A stretch of DNA of 63,748 nt, the filler included, from Octopus bimaculoides (lineage: Eukaryota), in assembly GCF_001194135.2 (NCBI RefSeq). It is 5 parts of 4 records of this genome, joined end to end, with 100 filler letters (N's around TTAATTAATTAA, not from the genome) between each part and the next. Parts side by side here need not be neighbours in the genome. Positions count along the whole stretch, not along the records: positions 48,827 to 60,670 come from NC_068986.1; positions 60,771 to 62,593 come from NC_068982.1; positions 62,694 to 63,748 come from NC_068998.1; 2 more parts are not named here. One strand, given 5' to 3'. Within the stretch, counting starts at the first letter, position 1. Each line of letters starts with the position of its first letter. The position numbers were made by a program, and so were the translations under genes. The notes beneath the pieces were generated by a model, which ran no database searches, was not told where the DNA came from, and worked only from the letters and a program-made list of their open reading frames with translations. This document shows positions 53,827-63,748 of this stretch, piece after piece.

Positions 53827-55736
53827 ACTCAGTTATGCTTGTATTTGCTAGGCCCTGTCCCCACCTCCTCTTTCCCCTCTCCCCAGACACATCAAGCATT
53901 CCTCCCACCATACATGGTACCACATGGCTACTGTACTTACCTGACAACAGTATCACATATCCCATCCCCTCCTAAATGGTCTCTCCAGCCCAGAAGGAGG
54001 AGGAGGTGCCACTGCCACCAATGATTCATATATATGAAGGCAAATATATATCTGATTGACAATATTTATTAAAATTCCCTAAAAACAGCAGCTGCAGGGT
54101 TTTGAGATGCTGTTATTTGGAATTTTCTGTAGTCTAGAAAATATTTTTAATGCATCTAGTATGCAAACAGAGAGTGCACCGTAAATAAGAAAATGAAATA
54201 CAGTATAATGAATACCACTTTATAAGCCTCTAAATGTACAGTAAGCCATTTCAATATTTAAAACAATTTAAAAACGCTTTAAATTAAAATAAAGTATTAG
54301 ATAATGAATATGTATTTGTTATGCTGTGGTGTCACAATAAGTAAATAAGGAAAACTAACATTTTAAAGTTTAAAGAAGAATTTTGAATAAAGGAAAAGCA
54401 TGTTAATTCAAATTTTATTTCTAAAGAGATTTCTTTAAGAATTTCCCAACATTTCTTCATTTTATGAGCTTTTGTTTTGTAGTGATCATTCTATATGTAA
54501 GCATATGCATTTGTAAAATGTTGTTGCACGGAATTCTACTAAACCAAAGAAGAATCATATCCATATATGACTGAACATTTAAGATAAATATGTTTTCTAT
54601 GGTTTTGTTTGTATGACTATCTTCATCACAACAAATTGCTGCATCTGAATGTTTTGAAGTAACCACCTTGTCAATAATCTCCTATCAACTGCAATACAAT
54701 CATCAATATCTCTATACTTGAAATTACATAGTAGATTTTATATGAACATTGTAAGTACTATCTGCACTATTTCTTTTGTACTCCACCTAACAATATTTAT
54801 AGAAATAAACATTTCCAGTAAAGCTAGTTTCAGCAGCATTGTATATTTATCAACTGTAACATCATATTCTTTGGTAAGTTCATTAAATATTACATTGCAC
54901 ATTGTAGCTAATTATAAGTGTGCTGATTGTTTTGCTCCTGCAAAATGTTCAATTTTTTTAATTCCAATGATTTATGGTTGGTTATCTGAGAAAACAAATC
55001 CATTTTCTTTTGAAAATGTTTAAATTTGGTTAAAATTATCAGCCCAGATATAGCTTCAATGAAAACCACTTAATGCAATATTTTATCTAAATTTTCACAT
55101 GGCTCAGGTTATGTTGTAAAATTTAAAAACTTTGTTTTAGTTCAACAATACTATGCTATATTCTGTTATTAGTACATTTCTACTTATACCCACCTAGTTT
55201 ATTACTAAATTTAATGTTGTCTTTTGTTTCTTGTTCTCAGTAGTAGTGGGCATCATAAATAAAAATGTTTAAAATGCTGCACTAAGCATTTTACATACTG
55301 TCTCCAATGTATTCATTTTACAAATGGAATTAACAGCCATAAATAAATTAGCAAATTGCTGGTAGTTTTCTTTACTATAAAATAAGATTTCAAAAATGGT
55401 ATTAGTTTGGTATTTCTGTTATTCTGGATGTAGTTATTTTGTAGTCATACAGCCAGATGAATTTAGGTATGTGCATGAATGTGAGAACATGAATCTTCAA
55501 AAGTATGTGCATGCATGTGTGTGTGTGTGCATGTGTATGCATGTGTACAAAAGAGATTTATGAACAGATAAGTCATATATATTTCATGTACACAAAAGTG
55601 AGAAATTCTGTGTGTATGTGTGTACATTTGTGCATGTATGTACATTCGTGTATAATTGTCGAAACATGTATACTTCAATATATGCATGAATGCATATGCT
55701 TGTATATGAGAGAGTGCATACATATGCATTTATATA

Positions 55737-56899
55737 TTGAGTCATCCCATAAATAATGCGGTTTTTTCAATTGCATGAATTTTTAGTTCATGCAATGGGA
55801 TAAACAACCTACATTAACTTACTATAAAAGCAAGTAGTAACTTTACCTTGGATTTATTCCTAATATAAGTTTTGAAGAGTGCAGTTCGATTTTAACAGTT
55901 ATTCTTTCAAAGCTATAATGGAAGTAACGAAGGAGCATATTCGGCATATTTTGCTTTATAAGTTCAATAAAGGCAACAACGCAACGGAAAGTGCAAGAAA
56001 TACTAATGCAGTATATAGGGATTGGACAATAATCGTAAGCCAGTGTCAACGGTGGTTTCAGAAATGCCAAGCCAGAAACTACAGCCTAGAAGACGAGCCT
56101 TGTCCTGGAAGATCTGTAGAGTTCGCCAAAGATGTCCTGTGAACCCTGGTGGGACAAAATCCCACCATAACTGTTGGGGAACTAGCAGAGAAGCTTGGAT
56201 TTAGTCATTCAACCATTCATTGACCTCTGTGTGCCATCAGAAAAGTCAGAAAATTGGGTCAATGGGTTCCTCACAAACTTTCTCTATAAAAATGTTAAGC
56301 ACTGAAGACAGTGGGTAGGGAAAGTAGAAACACTAGCACTCCTGGCTAAAGAAGGTCTTCATCCACATAAGGTGTTGTTATCTGTTTGGTGGGATATGAA
56401 AGGTTTAGTCCACTTTGAACTTTTTAAAGCTAAACGAAATGATAACACAGGAGATCTACTGTGAGCAGCACTAGAAGAAAAATGACAGTCTTTGATTTCA
56501 AGACGAAAGGTGTTCATCTGTCAGGATAATGCTCGGCCACATACAGCGAGGATGACAGTCCAAAGGCTGGAGCAGTTTGAATGGGAAATGATGTCCCACC
56601 CACCATATTGACTGAACATTGCCCCGTCTGATTATCATTTATTCTGCAGACTTCAAAATCATTTGGATGGAAAAAAAATATGAATTCTGTAGACGAGGTC
56701 AGAACAATATTGGAGGAGAATCTTTTGCCATGGACAAGTGAATTTTGGAAGAGGGCCCTTGCAACTCTACCAGATAGATGGAAGAGCATTGTAGAAAATG
56801 AAGGAGAGTGCATTTTAGATTAAAAAAGAACTTTGTCTATCTTAATTTTGAAAAATAAAAGAAGTATAAAACAACCACATTATTTATGAGATGACCCAA
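55737..56899 (+). mobile_element. Near full-length defective mariner (DD34D), 1163 bp
   Basis: 26-bp TIRs (23/26 match) with TA on both sides; HTH MEVTKEHIRHILLYKFNKG..., WVPHKL, QDNARPH and degenerate PYxxxIAPSDY; stops and deletions. Confidence 0.95.
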
Positions 56900-57726
56900 T
56901 ATATACATATACATGCATATGCACACTGCTTGTGACTTGTCCAGCAGATCCAATGACAACCATCTCCATTTGTGAATCTTTTGATAACTAGATCCCAATC
57001 CGGGATGTACACCTTTTGTATAGACAGAATATATAAACGTTTGGTTAGAGAGATCAAGTGTAACTTTACATGTATACCTCTTATCTCACTTCCAGCATTG
57101 CTGAAGTGTGTTTCCCCACCAATAGCAAGATTGCTAAAGTGAACATCTAGTTGTAATGTCTTTCACTCATAAACAAGTAATGTTGTTCCTCTTCAAAGTG
57201 ATTTTCATATAGCTTTTAAACTGCTTCTGTGTGCATAATTCTATCTTGTCAAGAGACTTGGTTTCAAGCATAATAAAGAATGACTGACAAGTCTCACATG
57301 CACAAATGCATCTAGCCAACACAAGATAAAACTTTAAATGATTGGTAAGTTCCATAGTCAGAGAGCACTGAATGGAATAACACATTTGCCAACCTCTTAT
57401 AAGGTCCAGGACTTTTTCAAAATTAGTTCACTCAAAAATTTGTGTCAACAGTTTGACTGCCTTCAGAGCCATAATGTGTCATCTGATCAACCTATTGCAC
57501 CAATACAAGAAGAGAGTCTGATAGACAAATAATTAGATATGGAGGCTGAGATGGTTGTTTAGAAAGACTCTCCTTCTGAGCCTTCCAAGCCTGGTACATA
57601 TATTCACAGTTGCATCATACACACATATATAATTGTGTGCTTGAAATCATGGGTTTATGTGTTTAATTTTAGATGAGATAGCAAGAACTCCAAGATACAA
57701 ACAAATGGACAACAAACTGAACTTAC

Positions 57727-57867
57727 CTTCTGGAAAATTTCAATGGCCTGTTTAGTGTGATGTGTATTTGCAAGAAAACTTCCATACTGTGCATAGACAT
57801 CCCAAAGTTTAGGGTTTATAACCATAGCCTTCTGAAACATTTCCTCAGCTTTGGTATTTCTTCCCAG
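57727..57867 (-). CDS. Exon of a TPR-repeat protein gene
   Basis: aacttttctag|LGRNTKAEEMFQKAMVINPKLWDVYAQYGSFLANTHHTKQAIEIFQK|gtaagt; 141 nt, phase 0-0, TPR consensus; splices in frame to 59140-59285. Confidence 0.85.
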
Positions 57868-59139
57868 CTAGAAAAGTTAAAATGCCTGTCTAAGCAACTG
57901 ACAGCATTGGTGAGAGTGAGGATGTAGGTAGGAGAATATGTTTAAACATTGTATTTGTAAATAATACATGCTAACTTTCTTTTAGTATTATAGTACACGG
58001 AAAAAAAAATTTATAACTGGTAAAGTGCACAAATCTTAAACAAAACAAAAGGGAATGTTGAAAAGGATCTTTGAACTTTACCAATGTTAACTGTGAAAGT
58101 GCAACTATTGGATAAAATCAACATTGTAGAAGGATTTTTATGTTTTAAACAATAAGCATTCAAGATTTGACATTTTTTTAATTACAAAAAATTACAATTA
58201 TGTATTATATATCACTCTATACAATATCAAAATTATCTAAAAAGATAAAAGGCAATATTTTAATTTAAATTGCATACATACTAGATGATTTTAACATATT
58301 AAATTATATATATTGCATGTATATATTAAATGATACATTGACTGGATGATTACAGCTGGAAATACAAAATTTTAACTGAAGTATGCAATAGTGTATAAGC
58401 AGGAACTAAGTACATTTCATCATTTTGCTGTTTCCATTTCAGTTGTACATTTTATCTTTGAATTATTTTTCAATGTGTAAGATAACCAACGATTTTGAGT
58501 GATACAATCTCTGACATGGATAACACTTAATATATTATCACTAACATGAAAAGAATATAACATTATTGAAATGATCTGACCTCTTCATTAAAAATAAGTT
58601 AGCTTGAACAATGGATATAACTTATACCATCTTGAATATGATGATACAATTGAAATCAGAAAATGGCTAACATTTAGTTTTTCATATAGGATATGTATCT
58701 CTAATTTTTAGGTTTAGAAATCTTTAAAAATATTATTGCACACAAATGAATATGACATGTATTGAAGCCATAGTTTAGAAACATGATATTATCTGTTCAA
58801 ATTGTCTTCTAACAAGTTTATGATTCTGAGACCTTTCTAGTATAGCCTCTCTGCCCCCTTCATTTGTTGACTATATTTCTGTTTCCTTACTTGCTGTGGG
58901 TTTTATGTGAGCTGGAATAGAAATAAAGGTTGTTGGAGATAGATACGTGGCCAGTCATTGAATTTATCAATCTCTAATGCTTCAAAAGAAACTGTCTTGA
59001 TTATGGTAGTAGGGTTCTATAGTGTATTAGGAGGATTTGTTTGAACAGATGCCATAGAAACTCTAAAATATCAAAAACTAGGAAGGAGATACTAGTGTTA
59101 AGTCCTACTGAAAAACAATTGAGACTGATTAATACGAAC

Positions 59140-59285
59140 CATAAAAAATTGGTTAGCAATAGTAAGATAAGCTACAACAAATAAAGGATCAAGCTCCATA
59201 GCTTTGGTGCTGTGTTTAAAGGCTTCATTAAATCTTCCAGCCAGAGAATAGATCTCAGAAAGTTTCAAGTGAACTTCAGTATTAC
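59140..59285 (-). CDS. Exon of a TPR-repeat protein gene (TMTC-like resemblance, family unresolved)
   Basis: ctttctttttcgtcttcag|(G)NTEVHLKLSEIYSLAGRFNEAFKHSTKAMELDPLFVVAYLTIANQFFM|gttcgt; 146 nt, phase 1-0. Confidence 0.85.
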
Positions 59286-59630
59286 CTGAAGACGAAAAAG
59301 AAAGTAAATACATATAATTAGATAGAATGCGTAAGTTGTAAGTAAATTACATTGCTCATCTCCAAAAGTTTTCTACCCTGAGTCATCTATAATTATAAAT
59401 GTAAAAACAAAAAGTACATCTTTCACCACATATTATGTACTCCAGTGAAGGAAGAAAAGACACATCTGCAAGTCCTAATGAAGGTAATAATAAAGTGTAC
59501 TCTAGCCTACTAATGTAGTAACCCAAGAAATTCTATTTTAATAATATTACATCATTAGTGGTGCACAAGAGTATTTTGTAGTAAAAGTTTCAGTGACATA
59601 TTCTTTCAAATGCTTGGAAAGCTTCCTTAC

Positions 59631-59759
59631 CTCGGTGTCCAAACTGGCAGTGAAGGTAGATGCTTAGAAAATATAGTAGAACAGAGATGAGAAAGAGCTC
59701 AATTGCCTCTGATGGCAACAAAAGGATTCTCTCTTCAGATGAAGGTAGACTGTATGATG
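59631..59759 (-). CDS. Candidate upstream exon with hydrophobic segment (phase 1-1)
   Basis: ttttcctactaag|SYSLPSSEERILLLPSEAIELFLISVLLYFLSIYLHCQFGHR(G)|gtaagg; strong donor in the phase required by the 59285 acceptor; the acceptor is a weaker AAG. Confidence 0.45.
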
Positions 59760-60053
59760 CTTAGTAGGAAAACATGGGTATTGTATGAAAGTTAGAAAAA
59801 TAATGAGGCATGTGTTACAGCATATAAGCTTAAAGTATGTTACAGCATATATAAGCTTAAAGTAAAACTGAGTATAAGAGAGGACATGCACTGCTACAGA
59901 CATGTAATACATATGTGATCCCAAAAGAAGGAATCTATGGAAGAGAAAGATGGAAAAATACATGGGCAGAAATAATGTGAACTGATCTCAGGATGCTGAA
60001 CCACGCAAAAGTAACTGCAATATGAGATACTATCCGTATATATATAAGGCAAG

Positions 60054-60086
<33 letters not shown>

Positions 60087-60099
60087 TGAATGTAGTCTA

Positions 60100-60540
60100 T
60101 GTACGTCCACAAATTAGCACGCATGTCACTCCAATTTTAGGAGGAGATTCGTCATGACCCTATCTGCATTTTCGTCAACTTTTTCTCTCAGAGGCACCCG
60201 CGTATAGCTGTAAAAATCGATTTTCAACCATAACTTTTACCAATTTTGAAGTTTGTTGACATGGCAAAGTCAAACTGCGCATACGCGCGTGAAGGAGAGA
60301 GAGAGAGAAAAAATAGTGTGTTTGTAACAGGGGAGAAACAGAGTGTTTGCTAGCGTCTAACAAAAAAAGTAAAGAAAAAGTGGGAGAGGGAGACAAAAAG
60401 CGTCTAAGTAATGAAAATTTTTGTAAGCAAGACAGAGTTTGTTTGCTAGCGTCTAACAAAAAAAAAAGTAACAAAAAAGTGGGAGAGGGAGACAGAAAGC
60501 ATCTAACAAAAGAAAAAGTGGGAGAGGGCAGTTTTTGAAA
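60100..60540 (-). promoter_or_regulatory. CpG-rich segment; candidate promoter and first exon of the TPR gene, or a repeat
   Basis: CpG cluster with NRF1-like TGCGCATACGCG (60276-60287); GCCATG at 60262 reads MSTNFKI-G|gtaaaa (phase 1); contains a 96-bp-period direct repeat (60345, 60441). Confidence 0.3.
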
Positions 60541-60770
60541 GACACTATATTTTATAATGAGATTATATATACTTTCTCACACAACAATTAAAATATATTT
60601 ATTTTAAATCATTTATTTATTTTAAATTGTTCATCTTTCTCCCCCCTCTCACTCTCACACACACGCACATNNNNNNNNNNNNNNNNNNNNNNNNNNNNNN
60701 NNNNNNNNNNNNNNTTAATTAATTAANNNNNNNNNNNNNNNNNNNNNNNNNNNNNNNNNNNNNNNNNNNN

Positions 60771-60809
<39 letters not shown>

Positions 60810-60829
<20 letters not shown>

Positions 60830-61040
60830 ACTCGTGTGTCAGTGTTTGTTCCCCCACCTTCGCTTGACAATCGATGGTGGTGTATTTATGTTCCTGTAAC
60901 TTAGCAGTTCGGCAAAGAGACCGATACGATAAATACTAGGCTTACAAAGGATAAGTCCTGGGGGCGATTTGTTCGACTAAAGGCGGTGCTTCAGCTTGGC
61001 CGCAGTCAAATTACTGAAACAAATAAAAAAATAAATAAAA
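60810..61040 (+). mobile_element. SINE family A 3' half, CpGs intact
   Basis: Same tail as 20-245. Confidence 0.85.
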
Positions 61041-62557
61041 GTATATATATGTGTACCACGGCGTTTTGATATTTGCGTGGCACTTGCCGCAGTGCGCTAT
61101 GAGGTGGTTGTCACGTAATCTTCTTTCCTGGTATAACTCAGTTACGTTTTCAGGGAACTATACACATACATACGTACGTACATACATACATACATACATG
61201 CATACATATTTGTATGAATGTATGGCCATTGTAAATGTGACAAATGTGGCGGTGACGCATCATAGTTACAACTTTCGGGCACAAAATCATAGAAGAATAA
61301 AAGAACATATTTATGTGTGTGTGTATGTATATATATGTATATATTTATATATGTATGTATGTATGTATGTANNNNNNNNNNNNNNNNNNNNNNNNNNNNN
61401 NNNNNNNNNNNNNNNNNNNNNNNNNNNNNNNNNNNNNNNNNNNNNNNNNNNNNNNNNNNNNNNNNNNNNNNNNNNNNNNNNNNNNNNNNNNNNNNNNNNN
61501 NNNNNNNNNNNNNNNNNNNNNNNNNNNNNNNNNNNNNNNNNNNNNNNNNNNNNNNNNNNNNNNNNNNNNNNNNNNNNNNNNNNNNNNNNNNNNNNNNNNN
61601 NNNNNNNNNNNNNNNNNNNNNNNNNNNNNNNNNNNNNNNNNNNNNNNNNNNNNNNNNNNNNNNNNNNNNNNNNNNNNNNNNNNNNNNNNNNNNNNNNNNN
61701 NNNNNNNNNNNNNNNNNNNNNNNNNNNNNNNNNNNNNNNNNNNNNNNNNNNNNNNNNNNNNNNNNNNNNNNNNNNNNNNNNNNNNNNNNNNNNNNNNNNN
61801 NNNNNNNNNNNNNNNNNNNNNNNNNNNNNNNNNNNNNNNNNNNNNNNNNNNNNNNNNNNNNNNNNNNNNNNNNNNNNNNNNNNNNNNNNNNNNNNNNNNN
61901 NNNNNNNNNNNNNNNNNNNNNNNNNNNNNNNNNNNNNNNNNNNNNNNNNNNNNNNNNNNNNNNNNNNNNNNNNNNNNNNNNNNNNNNNNNNNNNNNNNNN
62001 NNNNNNNNNNNNNNNNNNNNNNNNNNNNNNNNNNNNNNNNNNNNNNNNNNNNNNNNNNNNNNNNNNNNNNNNNNNNNNNNNNNNNNNNNNNNNNNNNNNN
62101 NNNNNNNNNNNNNNCATACATATATACATACATACATACATACTTACATCATATGCAAACGTCTTTATATACATATACATGTGCATATATATATGTATAA
62201 ATACATGCATATATCTATGTATGCATATATAAATATACCCATATATATATGTATGAATGTATCTATGTATCTATATAGTATACACTCACAGAAGCGTACA
62301 TATACATGTGGGTTCATGTCTTGTATATACATAGGCATGTGCTCCTTCATGTACGCGTGCTTAGGAGCTAAATTTGGTAGGTCGAAAAACTGTCGTATGA
62401 GATTATCATTTTAGTTTGTGATTTCAAACCGGTCAATAGGATGGTTTCACCTGGCCGTGTTCTGCATACACTGAGAAAAACTCACTCCATCATATATGTG
62501 CATCCCTCCACACGCATATACACTGTGTACTTGTACATACATACATACATACATACA

Positions 62558-62593
<36 letters not shown>

Positions 62594-62824
62594 NNNNNNN
62601 NNNNNNNNNNNNNNNNNNNNNNNNNNNNNNNNNNNNNTTAATTAATTAANNNNNNNNNNNNNNNNNNNNNNNNNNNNNNNNNNNNNNNNNNNNGTAATCC
62701 TGTGTTGGACCAGCGTCCTGTTCAGGTGAGAAATATATACACTACGGAAACCAGGAAACTGACACTTATGAGAGTCAGTATGACTTGAGAAGGTAACTTT
62801 ACCTTATCTACCTTACACACACTC

Positions 62825-62859
<35 letters not shown>

Positions 62860-62873
<14 letters not shown>

Positions 62874-63035
62874 ACAAGTTTCCACACAGTTTCCAGTCTA
62901 CTAAATTCACTCAAAAGGCATTGGTCAGTATAGAGCTCTAGTAAAAGACACTTGCCCAAAGTGCTATGGAGTAGGACTGAACCTAAAACAAAGTGGTCAC
63001 AAATTGAACTTCTCAACCACACAGCCATGCCATAT
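62860..63035 (-). mobile_element. SINE family A head, CpG-decayed
   Basis: Reverse complement begins GGCATGGCTGTGTGGTTGAGAAG...GGTTCAGTCC...GCACTTTGGGCAAGTGTC. Confidence 0.75.
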
Positions 63036-63439
63036 TCAATGATTAAAATTTGTTGTATGTACAAAATGGCAAAATTCACATCCTGTTTGTGAACGTGCTG
63101 CCATCTTTCTTCTGTCTCAAATTGATACTTGTAATATCTGTCATCTTACATTGAAAGGAGTCGATCGTTTCAATTTGGTTTTGTTTTAAATATATTTTGC
63201 TGAGAAAGAAAAGATTCCTATGTAGCAGATGAGCCCCCATCAAACAAAATATTTCAAACATCCAGAAAACTGTCTAAAAGCAGCAGACTGTTTCTGTTAC
63301 TTAGGAGACTAAGTCATAATTGAAGAAATATATAGTTGCAGGGCATGCAATGGATACCCAGGATATATAAACAAATATAAATCATCCAACAAGTCCAAGC
63401 CTAATACTTATAATTTCATTGTTCTTATGTATTTATCAG

Positions 63440-63466
63440 GAACAAGGAACCTGAGAATACTGAAAG
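63440..63466 (+). other. Candidate 27-nt microexon of a plus-strand gene
   Basis: gttcttatgtatttatcag|GAACAAGGAACCTGAGAATACTGAAAG|gtaaga; open in two frames (NKEPENTE or TRNLRILK). Confidence 0.35.
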
Positions 63467-63509
63467 GTAAGATATTTGAACAATTTTATTGACCCTTTAT
63501 TTTTAGAAT

Positions 63510-63677
63510 TGTAGTAATGATTTCCTACATATACAGAAGTCTATGTTAACCTCCAGTACATGAATGGTACTTAATTTATTGAGATGGAAGGATAGAATCA
63601 AAGATGACTGCCACCTCCTCAGGACTTCAATTCAAGCATTTTGTCTACTGTGCTAATGATTCTGCCAGGTCACCACC

Positions 63678-63680
<3 letters not shown>
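63510..63680 (-). mobile_element. SINE family B, CpG-decayed, next to terminal (AAT)n
   Basis: Reverse complement begins AAGGTGGTGACCTGGCAGAATCATTAGCAC. Confidence 0.7.

Positions 63681-63748
<68 letters not shown>

Noticed and set aside
54457-54690. Phase-0 terminal exon candidate (EIIDKVVTSKH...) for the TPR gene
   Set aside because: Does not continue the TPR pattern and has a weak acceptor; no better than chance.

Overview
Eukaryotic, AT-rich, microsatellite-saturated genomic DNA with many N gaps. The repeat families and composition look like a coleoid cephalopod, most likely Octopus (my inference; no search was run). There are no prokaryotic features or CRISPR arrays, and nearly all long ORFs in the supplied track are artefacts of N runs or simple repeats. 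Supported content: (i) a minus-strand TPR-repeat protein gene with two solid exons (59140-59285, 57727-57867) and several weaker candidate exons; (ii) many decayed mobile elements: several tRNA-derived SINE families, RTE, CR1, L1/Tx1-like and R4/Dong-like LINE remnants, four mariner remnants, one maT/DD37D remnant, and Helitron/Helentron-type ends; (iii) six minimal type-I hammerhead-ribozyme motifs in short Penelope-pLTR-like units, mostly lodged in microsatellites; (iv) a U6 snRNA copy fused with no spacer to the first base of a full-length SINE. Copies of the same repeats keep their CpGs at 1-27 kb but have mostly lost them at 27-60 kb and beyond 62.7 kb, suggesting a methylated gene-body domain. 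Four 100-nt gap blocks with a TTAATTAATTAA linker mark scaffold joins, so continuity across them is unproven. Most repeat boundaries are approximate.
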